The translations under genes and the position numbers were made by a program. DNA of 49,125 bases from Coniocarpon cinnabarinum. Its lineage: Eukaryota. Under the pieces are notes generated by a model. That model saw nothing but the letters and a program-made list of their open reading frames with translations, was not told where the DNA came from and ran no database searches. Of the stretch, positions 22,871-36,416 are shown in pieces. Numbering within the stretch: position 1 is the first letter of the stretch; every line of letters begins with the position of its first letter. The stretch covers positions 62,001 through 111,125 of the forward strand of contig JAVECO010000066.1 in the NCBI GenBank assembly GCA_051942205.1. Reading direction: 5' to 3'.

Positions 22871-25800
22871 TGTCTACAATTGAATGCTTGCGACGACGCG
22901 ACTGAGATCATGGAAGATTATGAATATGTTTAGACATCTTCTACACGGGCGAGATTCACGTCAAACTCATTGAAAGTGGAAGGTAACTGGTGGGCTGCTG
23001 AGGCAGACATCCTTGTGATTTGGTCTTCAATGTATGCATGGGCTGACGGCGGTGCTACGTTTTGAGACGGTGCACCCAGTCGATGCCCTCGCCTTCGCTT
23101 TGACATTGGAACCAGCAGAACACGTTCGAGAACGACTGGATATGAGAGGGACGTGAATGATCCATGATAGTTCGGCTCAGCATTCAACAGCATGGAAACT
23201 CTGGAGTACTGCGCGTGTATCGCGGCAGATGTCAGCGCCGATCATGTCGGGTCGTGAGCAATCTATTATCGATGATTGGGCGTTCCTCGACCGTCCAAAA
23301 GCCACAGCGTGGACAGGGAGACTTCTCTAAGAACTTGCTTTGCAGATTTCATAGTTTGTGAAGAAGTATCCTACGAACATTGAGACCGAAAGACCTCTGC
23401 TTGACTAAATCATATCCACACACCCACTGAGCGATGTCTCCTATGCCGTCTCAATCTCAAAGCAATTGCTCTCGTGTTCGAGTTCTAAGGGATCATGCTA
23501 AGGCTATGATTATATGTTAACTTTAAAGACCTGAAGCAGAATGGCTGCAAGATGATACCGTCACACTTGATCACTTTCTCTTGTAGATCACATATGTCTG
23601 CAAGCAAGACTGTCAAGCAAGTCCACATGTATGTCGTTCCGACAAGCCGTAGGATTTGGCCAGCTGTGGGGGACTCTCAAGACACTATTGTTGGTATTGA
23701 TGGCACTGGAGATGCAGGACGTGTGGGAAATTCTTCGGAAGGGCGTAGGCATTAGCAGCTCTCGAAACATTGTACGACGCAAGTTGATATTGTCGGTCTC
23801 GGGCTGCACTAGTAATGCCTGTGAAGGAGTAGTACAGGGACTTCATCAAATATGAATTATAGGCGAAAGACATCCCGCTAGTAATCTGCGTTCTCTCCTG
23901 CCTTGTGTCGTACAATTTGAAGCTGAAAGTGGCGACGCAGTTTTGAGACTTGAGCCGCAATTTTGGCTGTACGATCTTCTCGCGCCCCAGAAAAGCGCCC
24001 CGTGAGAGCATTCCATCACCTGCATAGTGTGAGTGTATACGCCCAAGACCTGTTCTATTCAATTTATTGCTTTATATTCATCATACTACTCGAGAAGCCG
24101 CAGCTTGTGCCACACGGTCGCCGTACACCATCACAGAAGGCGTGAGCAAGTCCCATGTGCAACGTGCTCTTGCGAAATGACATTAACGAGAATCAAAGAC
24201 CTATGGTGTCTTGCATACCTGCTTAGTGCAATCGCTCTGTACTCCCCTTTTCCAATATTCTCCAAGACTCGATGTCAACTTCACATGCTGATCTCATTGA
24301 TAGCCAGGAGCTCTACTCTGACAGCTCGGTTTGCATTATCCCAGTACTCACACTTTCCGCCGAGGCGTTGCCAACCCTGAGAACGTCTTTCAGCCATTGC
24401 CCAGGACGACACCAACTTTATCAAACCCGGTACCAAGCTTCGACCTCAAACCGGATATTCATCTCCTCAACCCGGTTCGAGGGACCCGCGCGGCTCATTG
24501 GCACACCGCCGAGGAGTTCGCCAAGTCGAGACCTAACACATTGAAGTCAACCAGGTAGATGCCCGTCTCTACCAATTATCAGGGATATCATCGCTCAAGG
24601 ATCCAAGCCGAGGACGACGGCAACTTCCTGGTCCTCTAGGTTTGTGGCGTCTGTCAATGACGGGAGAAACAACCTCGAGGAAACAGGGACAATCTTGGTA
24701 GAGAAAAAGTGGTACCGAAACGTTGCGCGGTACATTCAATACTCCGAGCCATGTGAAGGCTTTTGAATCCCCAGGGTCCCAGGTGCTCCTTTTTATTTTG
24801 GGTTGCTACCTGGTAGCGCTTGTCGCGCAACGTCTGGGCGTCTGGGGGTTTGAGTCTGCCGCGCCAATTCGTCAAGAGGCGTCATGGGCTTGTCTAAAGT
24901 ATGCAATTTGTGCGCATCAGGGATTTAAGCGCATCATGCGGGATAAGAAGAGAAATAGGAGGGAGACGACAGGCGTTTGCATGCTGGTATTTGCTAGTTG
25001 GTACCCAACGAGTCCCATCGCTCGGCCACGAATCAACACCACAGGCGTCTCAAGTCGTGTTGTCTGTCCCTCTATCTCAAAGCTCCATCCCGCGACGTAT
25101 TCTCTTCTTCAGATGCTCTCCTCTGTGTCTTCCACATCTCGTGTCGCGCATCCACAGTATTCTCGAGAAACGCACACTCACCAATTCTCACACCTCGGGT
25201 AAGCTCCGATCAGAAACTCAATCAAACAACACACGCCGCTGAACTCTAACCCGTGACGAGAACCACCCGGCAGCGCACGGCCAGAACCAGCTCCTCCCAA
25301 AGCCAATCTCAAACTCTCCCTCTTAGCCTCCCATTCTTGAGAGCAGTCAGCCCAACAAGCAAAAAGCCTTGGTACCGAACTCTCGAGTACCGAACTCGAG
25401 TTTAGTCGCCCGCACGGGACACCTCCTCCTACTCTTCGCGATGCTAGTCTCGAAACCAGTCCTAAGCTGCGCGGTGTTAGTGCCTGCACCTGAGAGGGTT
25501 CCTGTACAGTAGTCCAAGGTCCGCGGGCTGCAGCTGCTGAACTTTGAAGGTCCGCAATCGGTGGGTACGAAGGACGCGACGCCGATTTGGGCCCGGACAT
25601 GAGTCTTGGTGGACCCGGTATGGGGTTGTCGCGTGCGATGGAGCTAGCTTGCTCGCATCGTGGGATGGTAATGTCTTGGACGTGTCAGTTTCAGTTTGGT
25701 GGAGAACAGATGGCTCGAGGTTGCTTGGCACGGCTGACAGCGACGATGCGAATGCGCGCACCCTTGAGTGTTGTCGCGTCTGAGGGATTGGATTTCGTGT

Positions 25801-26642
25801 GTGAGGGGAGTAAAATGAACACTGTCATTGCATTGAGCGCCGTCGTTGATTGCGACCGGAGCCGGATTAAGAGTAAAAGAGAAAATCGTAGCAAATGTAG
25901 TCGTGGTAATAATGGTATCAATATTCTGTACACTCATTCAATGCTGGCTAGACTGTACAAGCTGACATCTTTTTCTAACGCTCTCAACAAAGCATACATG
26001 GTATTACGTATTTCAGACAACCTCCCTTTTTAGTCGTAGTCATGATCTTACACATTAGGCATTTCATCTCCGAGACATAGACGCCGCATCCTGGCTGTGG
26101 CGCCATTGCGACTCAACGCATGCCATCTTTCTCGCGTCACTCCTTTGACGCATCCCATCGCGGCCGATGACGCGCGCGTCCTCAACAGGCTCGTCCAAGA
26201 GATCCTGGCAGCACGGAGGGACTCCAGAACAGGGCACAATTCTGGCGACATGGGCATGTCGTGCATGGTGTCGAAAACTCGAATGTTCGAAAAATCGTCT
26301 CAATCCCTGCTGCAGTTCGTCGGAGCCCTCCGGTCCCAGGCATCCCTGCTCAAACACTGTTGAGTTTGTTTTTTTTTCCTCGAACCTCGACCTGATCGTG
26401 TCGTTGCCGGCACTCTCTTCCCAATCATTTTCCACCATAGATAGATGTTGGTATGACACGATACTTTTGAGTAGATGCATGCGAACGTATGCAAGTCAAA
26501 TTTTCGCCGTGATGATGTTCGAATGATCTGATCCACTCGTGCGCTTCAAAGCCGTACAAGGACTCCGAAGATCTCGGTGGTCCTCCGACGCCAGATCTCA
26601 GTGTTACGCTCCCCTGGTATTGCCATGGGTTGCCCAACAGGA

Positions 26643-27854
26643 CTAAGAATTCTCACTCCTGGCTTCACTGCGCGTCGTGCTGATGAGGAAATTGGCCTTG
26701 CCCGCACCGGAATCTGAAGTCGGCTGGTCACCGAAAATGTTGACGGGCGCGCTATCATTTGCGCTTTGTTTGATGGATCGCGACGAGTGGTGGACCGTAG
26801 CGCTCAAGGGGATCTCATGTCCGGACTCGTCTGGTATGCGATAGTGAGACGGAGTAGCCACAGGACGGTTACCAAACAGGCAGGCGAAAAGGGGCCTGAT
26901 GGCTGGCAAGCAAGCACAGATGATGCCGGTGTTGGCTTCGATGACCGACCAGACGGCAGCGTTCACGTTGTCCCATGTGACATCGGTGGAGTCGGCAATT
27001 TGTCGGAGGGTGTATAGACGAACGATCGAGGTGACGGTAACGAAGCCGCCAAGCGCGAAAAGCCCCATGACGGCGACCTTTCGTGCTGAAGAGATCGATA
27101 GCGTCTGGATGGCGGGCATAGGAAGGGCAATGATCACAACATCGAGGACGATGTTGACGCTGAGGGTGGTTAGAATCCAGTAAGAGAAGGAATATAAGAC
27201 ATGCACAATACTCACGCCGAGTTGCTGTACCATAGCATGTTCTCGTTGACGCAAGACTTTTTTGCCTCGACAGGATCCGGACTCCAGAACGCGTTGACTG
27301 GGGTGCAAATGAAGATGGAGTCAAAGAAGGTTGCAATCCCATAACAGATGACGATCACCAGCGTGACCCAGACTGCGATCCGTGTTCTTTTGTAGATGAA
27401 GATCCGGTAATATTGGCACAGAATGGAGATCTTGGTCAGACTCAAGGTCATATTATAAAGCCAGACACTGGCCCAGAACGGCTTCAACGAGTTGATGTAT
27501 TCTTCTCTTGGAAGAGTATGGAAATGTTGGCCAAGCCCGTAGCGGACCTCTGAAGAATGGCGTCAGTGGTGATGTTGAATGTGGAGCTCCATGGAGACAT
27601 ACGCTCTCCCATGCATATGGTCATGCCAATAGACAAGGCCTGTCAGAGAAAGGTTAAACATGCGTTCTTCGAAAGGGCTTCAAGTCCGTCATTCGTACAA
27701 TTGCGAGTCCGATTGTCCAGTCCTCTGGACCAAAGTCTCTCACGATGAAGATGCGTGTGAGAAACCGAGTCACGGTGAAGAGGAACGCAGTAACCAAAAA
27801 GGCGACATTGACGCCAATGACAGTCCCAGCCCGTGAACCAGATTCGCCAGCCAT
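26643..27854 (-). CDS. PTH11-like/fungal rhodopsin-domain (SAT4-family) integral membrane protein, no CFEM domain
   Basis: TRFLTRIFIVRDFGPEDW, YGLGQH, LTKISILCQYYRIF, CTPVNAFW...C, NIVLDVVIIALPMP, FVTVTSIVRL and WSVIEANTGIICACLP. Three GT-AG introns; exact 3' end uncertain. Confidence 0.92.
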
Positions 27855-30050
27855 GGTGCGAAAGCTCCGAACATGAATGTAGACGAGAACGCCGTAGCCA
27901 GCAGGGAAAAGGGTCACGTCGGATGCACAGGCAGCGCATGAACGGCCTTTAAGAAAACGGAGAGAATCACTATGAACTACCTACTCACGACGCGGGACCG
28001 TGCTTGCGCCATGCTCTCTCTCCTCACGGATCCGTTGGAGGCCAATGCTTGCCCTTATTATGTTCCCCAACGGCCAAGACACATGTGCTCGTTTGCGGCG
28101 AAGACAAGCTCGACTCCTGCAGTGACGGGCGGAGAGGGACCCCTGTACCGCGCCCCGGGTATTCGATCAGACCAAATGAGATGCGACAAGCTAGCGAGAC
28201 TGGGCAGGCCTTTGGCGGGCACGGACAGACAGCCGCGAGCAAGGGCAGTGGAAAAGTAAGACGAAGAAGAATAATCTCATGTTGCCGCCAATGGCAGGGG
28301 AGGGGCATGATTCGCAAGACGTCGTTCGCGCGATCTTGAAAGTATCGATTGACGCAGGTACGCGCCACTAGCCGCGCCTCACGGTGGGATTGCGCATGAT
28401 GCAGTCGACATGGCTCGTGGAGATCCTTGCAAGCCCAACGCAAGCCCAGCGACGGCTCAGGCACTACTGACCCAACCAGGATAGCCGCGGTGCGAGATAC
28501 CACTGACCGGAAAAGTGGAAGGCCGCAAGGGGTTGCATTAGGCAGGAGGCTCCCCCGCTTCGGACGACGTTGAGTGTGAGCCAGCCTAACCACAGCCGAC
28601 TGCAGAGGTCGACGGCCAGCGACAGCTACCCCCACACGCACAGCAGTCGAGATGTCGAGCTATTCCAGGGCCTGGTGAAGGAGTTTGAAAGGATGATGTG
28701 GAGGAGACCGGACGGCGGCACTGGCGGGAGGGTGGAAGACGGACGGCTGACAAGAGCGTGAACGTTCGAGGGAAGCCGTGGCAGGGTGAGGCCTCCGAGC
28801 CGTTAGTAAGGCGGTTGGTGTGCACGATTGACGTGCACGGAGCTCCTCCAGTCACAGTCGGCGCCCGGCTAGTCGCAGGCACGGCCTTGGTTGGCGCGGC
28901 ACGAGGGGGTCTCAAGGGCCTGAGCGACGGCGGCCACAGCACAGTCGAGCTCCCTTTTAAGCGTCTCGTCTTGCTTGAGCGCGCGCTTGTGCTTGCAGCA
29001 TCAGTCACAGCAGTCGGTATCGACCGTTGCCAGGAACTCGGAGAGTATTGTGTGTGACGAGTGCGTCGTGACGACAAAGCTTGGTGCTGGGGGGGCGCAC
29101 AACGTATTAAGGTACCTATTCGCACCTCGATCTGGAGGATCCCGGAACGCTAGTCGATATGCGTTGAGCGTTGTGGACTGGGGTTGTCGCCGCTGCTGCC
29201 ACTGGTCGAAGACTCGACGACCGTTACTCAGGGCTGTACTCTTGGGTCAAATCCCCGACGCAGTGCGCAGGAGCGACAATCTTGCTGGATGCTCGTATGG
29301 GAAGTTCACCCTGTCATCATGAAGTTCTTGGTCGTCTAAACCGCCGCGCACCTCAGTGCAATTCTGTGTGCCTGGTTGGCTAAGCATGTCGTTCATGCTC
29401 TCTTACCCCTCTCAGCCGATTGTCGATCACCCTCTGATCTTCTGCAGGAGTGAGACAAGCTGTACCAAATCACAAGGCGGTGGCGATAGCAGAAGCTTTT
29501 GGGTTCTGCACCAATACCTCTAGTCGCTTTCTGCTCGCTGCCCTCGAGTTATGCATATCTTCTCCATGCATTGACGGGCGTGGAATCGAAATCGAATGGC
29601 ACGAGTGTGTCTACATCTCGTCCTGCGTGCCTTGTATAGGGCAGAATTACTCGAAACGGCAAAGGCTCCCGTGATTTGCAAAGACTCCCATTCTAGGGAA
29701 TTTTCGACGTACGCTGCGGGTGTCGGGCAGACGAGGAGACTATCGTTTCTTGCTCCACTCTGCATACGAAAGTCGCTGCACGACAGCCGTTTTTCCTGCA
29801 CAGTCGTAGAGTACTTGCATCGTTTCGGGTCATTTGCTCCGCTCGAGAGATGCATCGGCTGAAAAGTGCCGCGCGGACCCACCTTCCCCTGCCGACGGCG
29901 CTCAGTGACGATGCTACGTGCCAAGTGCGTGAAGTTACGCTGTAAGCTGCAGAAGCGTCACTTGCACATAGCTTATCTACGCCGCATGTTCGCGCCGGCG
30001 AATGAGATTCACAAGCTACATACTTCGTCGGACTCGCGTCTCCTGCGACG

Positions 30051-31718
30051 TCAGTGAGTATACACAAAGAAGAGGTTTTGTCGGTCGGTCATGTCGCTAA
30101 ACGCGCTTCGCTCTCGAGCCTCTTCTCTTGCGCTTTCGTCCATGGACTCTAGCTCGCGCCGCTTCTTCTTATTCAGCCAATCGTTACAAAATCTCAACGT
30201 CAGGACAGAGAGAATGGACGCGACCAAGGTCGCAATGATGCTGGCCTTGCCTCCAATATATCCAGGAGCCTGATCATCTTGAAACGTTTGCGTGCCGAGA
30301 ATGTTTCCCACACAGAAGCTCACCATCGTCAATGCGTTGCTCGTGACTTTCTTCGAATGTCCGGCAATGTTGGACGCATTCCATGCCAGCAACAACATAA
30401 ACGCTGCTCCAAAAGATTGTGTGAGATACGATGCGGCCAACAGGCCAGCCTTGTCCTTGGGGACGCCACCAGGATCAAGACCCACCATAAGGCCTGCCCC
30501 GAGAATCGTCGGTAGCGTGGCGATGAGCATGATGCTACTTCGATCGTGCAATAGGTCACTTAACCAACCCACCAGAATCACAGTCACGGCGTGGACAGCC
30601 CCACCTGGCGTGTTCAGTGCCAAAGCTTTCTGGCTCGAGTATCCAAATGTTGTGAGGAGGATGTTGGAGTAATTGGAGATGCCACCGTTCGGAATCGACG
30701 TCAAAATGACCGTCAAACTGACCAGCCAGACACGAACATCTTTGATGGATTCGAGAATCTGAGCGCCCTTGATGTGAGCATTCTGCGTCCCGCTCTGGTT
30801 GTCCTTGACACGGAGTAGCACTGCCACCTTTTCTGCGTCAGTGAAGCGGCGCGCCCTCACCGGCGAGTCTGGCAAGAAGAGGCAGACCAGCAGACCCACA
30901 ATCACCGTCAGGAGTCCGATGACGATGTAAAATATCTTCCAGGTCTGGATATGGGAGTTATGAGCGTAGGTAACACCATATGCGACCAAGCCACCAAAGA
31001 TTTGCGTGAGGCCGTTGCACACGTAGAACCACGAAACACGCTTGCCTTGCTCTTCTTTACGGTACCACATTGCAATGATGAGAACGAGAATGGGCGCCAC
31101 GCAGCTCTCGAAAATGCCCAGGAGAACTCGTACAATCGACAGACTCGCATAGCTGGTGCATGCCGCGTGCAGAGCCAGGATGGCGCCCCAGATACAGACA
31201 TTCGTGCCGAGATACATTCCCAGTCTCGAAATGCGCTGCGCGAGGTACTGTGTCGGAAACTCTGCAGCCAAAAAGCCACTGCGTGAACAAGATTAACCCT
31301 ACGAAAAGCGAGAGTATCACTATAACGGTTTGGCCACTCACATGTAGAACAACATGCCGATATTCGAGTAATCTTGTCCAACAAGGTGGGCGTCCCGTCG
31401 CAGACCCATGACTGACGTGTAGTTCAAGGTGGTCTTATCTAGGAACTGCATGAAGTACACCGCAGCAAGTAATGGTATGATGGTGAAGTCAATCTTCCGC
31501 ACCAACTGCGCTCTTCGCTTCGGATCCTCAAGAATAGCAGCGCCTTCTACGGCAATGGCTTGCTTGTTCGGATGGTTCTCGAGGAACGCCAACGCTTCAT
31601 CGGCATCTTCGAGGACGGCTGTGGGCTTCGCCGTCTGCTCAGAGATAGAGAGCTTGCGCGAGTCAAGAGCGTCGAACGGATCGGCTTTGCTAACATCTAT
31701 CGGAAGTTTCTCGTCCAT
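30051..31718 (-). CDS. MFS transporter, allantoate permease (DAL5)/anion:cation symporter family
   Basis: LVRKIDFTIIP...QFLDKTTLNY, VRVLLGIFE, MWYRKEEQGKR, LPDSPVRARRFT, NIAGHSKK and AFSDMTDRQN.FFVY. Intron 31279-31341. Confidence 0.95.
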
Positions 31719-33072
31719 GTTGACGAGTTCGATGTGTAGCCAAGTTGAAGCAAACGAAACTACTAAGCAGACAAGCCCATGCTTAAAAGAAGCACGGTAC
31801 GTGGAGAGCAGCTTTGGCTCTCGGTCTGTCTCGATGTTTTACCGAGATACGCCACAGACGTGTCAGGGACCGAGATAGGCAGAGTATGCCGGTATACACA
31901 AGTTGCATGTCGTGAATACCAGGTGCCAGTTGGCCAGAGTGATAGCATGTATCCATACTGCAAGCTCTGCTCTTGCAAACCTGCACTTTTCTTGACTTTG
32001 CATGGCTACTCAACTGTATATCAATGTTTTACGAGCAGAAATACTTCATTGCCATGAGCACACATCACACTGATCTCTCAAGAACCCTGATCGCCAGGTA
32101 TCTTGGTGATGACTTTCCCCTCACGTCTATCGTCCAAAAGAGGCAGGTTCTCAACGGCACGTGACGTGTGTCACGTTCTGAAATCGCTGTCTTCTCGGCA
32201 GGGTGTTAAGATACGTCCTAGAAACGTTTGCTCATCCGCCAGGATTCAGCGCGTGAGTTGGGAAATACAAGTCGTTGCATAAATTCGTATTCTAAATTCA
32301 ACTGTATGAGACCTTGAATTAGAATACACACCATAAGCAGATGGAACCGCACAATTACAGTGGGTCTCAGTCTGAGGGCTAGATGGCGCGACAACGGCTG
32401 AAGTACTGAACGACTTTTTGTGCCTGTTTCGGGTGGACTAGAGGTGATTGCTACAACCCGTATGTTGGTAAAACATGTGTGATAGAGATTATACTCGATC
32501 CAAAGCATTCACTGCTACCATTATGAAACCCAAATTAAGGCTATCTACTGCCGAGGCGTGTGAGGGCAGGTATATAAACATCAGTGGAAAAGTCTTTTCT
32601 TGCTAGAAACAACCCCTAGCCGCTCGGCCATCTGCTCAAAGAACGTGGACGTGAATACATGACATCTTCCTCTGAGCCAGAGAAAAGTTCTGACTGTCGC
32701 GTTTGATCCTTGAAGAAGATGCAAGAATGCCTGAGACAACAGGCACTTGCCTTGTTGTAGCTTAGTGCCATGTACCAACTCTATTGCCCCTGTAGCTGGG
32801 ATGTCTCTATAAAATATACACGCCACTGGACTGAGAACCTCAGCCGAATCGACGGGGAGTCTTTTCAAAAAGACGGCAAGAGATCACTGAGAATTTTGAG
32901 AAAGAACAATCAGGCTTCGTGGTGCTTGGCGATACATCTCAGCTTCGCACCACGCTCTCGGCAACATTGACAAGACATGGAATTCCAATTGGCTTCGGTG
33001 GTCCACCCTTGGAAAATAACAATACTCTAAAAGCTCAGGTCCTCGTGCTGAACAGCAAACGCCTGGACATCC

Positions 33073-34398
33073 ATGTCTACAGCTCATAGCACACACCTGG
33101 CAACCAACATGCTTCATCCGAATGGCTCCGTCATCCTGACTCCTCCGTCACAAGAACTCCGGGCTCGCTCACCTTCTCCATTCACACCCCGCGATCGACG
33201 GAAGTCCTTGCCACAATCCGCCTCGACGCAGTCCCTAGAACCTCTCGCTACCTCCATCAACGCCGCACCCTCCACGCCCTCCGCAACCTCCGCAACGTCA
33301 CATCACGTGACTCACAGTCCGAGTCGGAATGACTCTCCCGTCCTCGAATTTGCGAATGGCAGGCACCATCCCAAAGGCCCACGCACTCCCTTCGCTTCAG
33401 ATCTCGAGGCTCAGTCCTCGCCACGTCGGCATCAGCATCCACGCAAACCCTCTACCAAGGTACCCACGCATCCAGCCGTCGAATACACGGTCCCGACCCG
33501 AACGAAGTTCCTCCATCTAGCCACATGGTTCGCCCTCAATCTCGTCCTCACAATCTACAACAAAGCACTCCTCCAAGGGTTTTCCTTTCCCTGGCTCCTC
33601 ACCGCCATCCACGCCTCGTGCGTCTCAGCAGGCTGCTACGCTCTCCTACTATCCAAACACTTCACTCTCACCCGCCTGAAACGCCCTGATCATGTCACGC
33701 TGACAGCATTCTCCCTCCTCTTCACCGTCAACATCGCCATCTCGAACGTCAGCCTCGCCAAAGTCTCCGTCCCCTTCCACCAAATCATGCGCTCAACCTG
33801 TCCCGTCTTTACGATCCTCATCCAGCGTCTCGTCTTCGGCCGTGGGTATGGCGGAAGGACATACGCAGCTATCGTACCGATTGTGGCGGGCGTGGCCCTG
33901 GCGACATACGGCGATTACTACTTCAGCGTCGCCGGCTTCTTATTGACGCTTTTCGGCGTGGTCCTCGCGAGTCTCAAAACGGTCGTGAGCAACCGCCTCA
34001 TGACGGGCTCGCTATCACTCCCAGCCTTAGAAATACTGCTGCGCATGAGTCCGCTCGCTGCGATGCAAGCCCTGTGCTACGCCTGGATCACGGGCGAGTT
34101 CCAGCGCTTTCTCGCGTTTGCCGCAAGCGACGGACTCCCGCCGCGGTTACTGCCGGCCGTCGCGGGAAACGGCGTCCTCGCGTTTCTGTTGAATGTCTCG
34201 AGTTTTCAGACGAACAGGATCAGCGGGGCGTTGACTCTGACCGTCGCCGGGAATCTGAAACAATGTCTTACCATTTTATTGGGGATTGTGCTGTTTCAGG
34301 TGCGAGTGGGGTGGTTGAATGGGGTCGGGATGGGGATTTGTGTCTTGGGGGGTTGGTGGTATAGCAAAGTTGAGTTGGATCGGAAGGGGAGGAAGTAA
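33073..34398 (+). CDS. Triose-phosphate/nucleotide-sugar transporter (TPT/DMT family)
   Basis: WFALNLVLTIYNK...FPWLLTAIH, NIAISNVSL..VSVPFHQIMRS.CPVF, LLRMSPLA and ALTLTVAGNLKQ, after a disordered N-terminus. Start at 33073 or 33109. Confidence 0.93.
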   Translation: MSTAHSTHLATNMLHPNGSVILTPPSQELRARSPSPFTPRDRRKSLPQSASTQSLEPLATSINAAPSTPSATSATSHHVTHSPSRNDSPVLEFANGRHHPKGPRTPFASDLEAQSSPRRHQHPRKPSTKVPTHPAVEYTVPTRTKFLHLATWFALNLVLTIYNKALLQGFSFPWLLTAIHASCVSAGCYALLLSKHFTLTRLKRPDHVTLTAFSLLFTVNIAISNVSLAKVSVPFHQIMRSTCPVFTILIQRLVFGRGYGGRTYAAIVPIVAGVALATYGDYYFSVAGFLLTLFGVVLASLKTVVSNRLMTGSLSLPALEILLRMSPLAAMQALCYAWITGEFQRFLAFAASDGLPPRLLPAVAGNGVLAFLLNVSSFQTNRISGALTLTVAGNLKQCLTILLGIVLFQVRVGWLNGVGMGICVLGGWWYSKVELDRKGRK

Positions 34399-35372
34399 GC
34401 CATGATGATTGGCTGACGCATGAATGAATGAATGGAGGGAGGGACGACCGGAGAAGTGTGGACGGAGATACGGTACACTTTGGTGGATTGGGATGCTTTC
34501 CATGTCGATAGACGATGATACCCTGACATCAAATGGGGAAGACGACACATAGATCTTACTATCCGTTCGAGGATTCAATACGGTTCATTTCTCTGTCTCG
34601 AGTGACACGACTGCGACCATCATCTGCTGGAAGTATTGGTATTGGCAGTCACACAGCTACGACCATTGCCATTTATAAGAGCAGTGGGTATCTGGGGCCG
34701 TTCGACTCGTCAAGTGTCCGACGTGCGTGGCGTCGAAGCCCGAAAAGAGCACTGAAAGGGTGGCACGGTGGCTTTATCTTCTACTATTGACTCGCGGATG
34801 GACCGCCGGTATTGAGTACTCAAGCTTCTAATATGGCAGGATGTGAGACCCCGAGGTTGAGAGCAGTCGGCGGCGATCTTGAGAAGACATCAAGCAGCCT
34901 GGATCGAGTGATCCTCGAGTGGACCGGTGCATCCACAAAAAGAGCTCGATCATGAGTGGGAAGTCGAAGTCTTGTCAAGTTGACGCCGAGCATCACAAGA
35001 ACGAGGCGTCAACACGTCAAGTATCGAGAAGCATCAGGCACACTGCAGCATGAACCAAAACTACATCGAGAGTGCGATGACGCTGACATTCAGGAACGAG
35101 AGAGTTCACTATGAAAACCGCGCTCGAATGGGACGCTATGCATCATCGAGGCGACCATGCTGAGCATGCTGATTGCGCGGAGTGCGCTGAGCTAAGCTAT
35201 ACAAAACAGTAGAAAAGCAAAAAACCACCGGTCCTGCGCCTGGACGTGCAGATCCAATGCCGTCGCCATGCATAGGCAAAATTGTGCAAACAGTATGCAT
35301 TGAATGAAGCGAATCGGTGTCAAGTAAAGTGGAGTGAGAGAAGCGAAATAGTGTGGGCTTCGTGATCAGTGA

Positions 35373-36416
35373 TCACCAACTGGCCGGGATAGGAGCAGGT
35401 GCAGTGCCCAAGGCGTAGATGTTCTGAAAGTACCAGTAGCAGCCGTCGGCGGTGACGCCAGCGTAGCCATGGTCATGGAGTCGAGCAGCGACCTGGTCCC
35501 AGCTGCTGATATTAGCCTCGTCGAACAGTGAGGCAATGGTGTGTGTGAAGTATCGACGGAGCTTAATAGGTTCGCCCTCGTCGTTAGGAACGCCAGCAAC
35601 TTGGTGAGTACCATTATATGTTGCAGGATTATCGTCGGGATCGCCATGAGCGTCATGCGTGGCTTCATTGTTTCCAGAGGTGAGACCTTCATCTTCCCCA
35701 TCGCCATATTGCGAGTTTCGTGCCTCTGTCCCAAGCTCAGTGGGCGAGCCATTGGACCCATCGACGAAAAGACTCGATTGAGCCGTATGAGCGGTGACTT
35801 GCGAGGGCATATGTGATCCCAGATTGCGGAGCGCGGCTTGCTGAGCGGCCATGCGCTTTCTGTCATGCCAGTGCTTGACATGCATGTAGAGTGATGGATC
35901 GAAGGGAGGAAGACCATGCTCGACAAAGAGTCTGGACCCATTGCGCTTGAAGCGGCCATAAACCGCAGCGTCGGTGAGTCTCTTCGCCCCATTAGTGGTC
36001 GGTTTGGCGTCATTGCATTTTTTGGCGATTTGAGACCAGTCCCAACCCTCATACACACGAAGACGAGCGATCAGGAAATTTATTTCGTCATTGGTCTTCG
36101 CAGCAGCTTGACGTTGCTTGCAGATGCGATACTTGTCGTCCTTGATAACAGTCGATTTCTTCTCCGAATGAAGACTGCTCTTGGTGCTAGCGAGTGGACG
36201 GTATGACTTGGGAGAGGAGACGCGTTCCACGTCTTGAGGGACTTGACAAGAGGGTTGGCCAGCTTCAGCGGTGTTTGAGGTGCTTTCATGCATCCTACTG
36301 CTCTGCGAGCTCTGAGGCACATAACTCCATGGAGTATACGATCCATACACTTGGTTCAAGTGTTTTGGCTGTTGCTGGTAGGAACGATTTTGATAGTCAT
36401 CGTAGGGAGCGGTCAT
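35373..36416 (-). CDS. Hypothetical fungal protein with Myb/HTH-like helical repeats
   Basis: Long ORF with EINFLIARLRVYEGWDWSQIAKKCN...LTDAAVYGRFKRN and C-terminal SWDQVAARLHDHG...TADGCYWYFQ, separated by low-complexity linkers. Start uncertain (36416 or 36497). Confidence 0.65.
   Translation of the reverse strand: MTAPYDDYQNRSYQQQPKHLNQVYGSYTPWSYVPQSSQSSRMHESTSNTAEAGQPSCQVPQDVERVSSPKSYRPLASTKSSLHSEKKSTVIKDDKYRICKQRQAAAKTNDEINFLIARLRVYEGWDWSQIAKKCNDAKPTTNGAKRLTDAAVYGRFKRNGSRLFVEHGLPPFDPSLYMHVKHWHDRKRMAAQQAALRNLGSHMPSQVTAHTAQSSLFVDGSNGSPTELGTEARNSQYGDGEDEGLTSGNNEATHDAHGDPDDNPATYNGTHQVAGVPNDEGEPIKLRRYFTHTIASLFDEANISSWDQVAARLHDHGYAGVTADGCYWYFQNIYALGTAPAPIPASW

Noticed and set aside
22930..26640. 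Many 60-160 aa ORFs, including same-frame minus-strand ORFs 25691-25933 and 25178-25600
   Set aside because: Interrupted by stops, with no family similarity or convincing splice structure. May hide decayed genes but cannot be supported.
27950..30040. GC-rich ORFs up to 205 aa between the PTH11-like and DAL5-like genes
   Set aside because: R/S/P-rich translations typical of non-coding GC-rich DNA; more likely promoter or UTR sequence.
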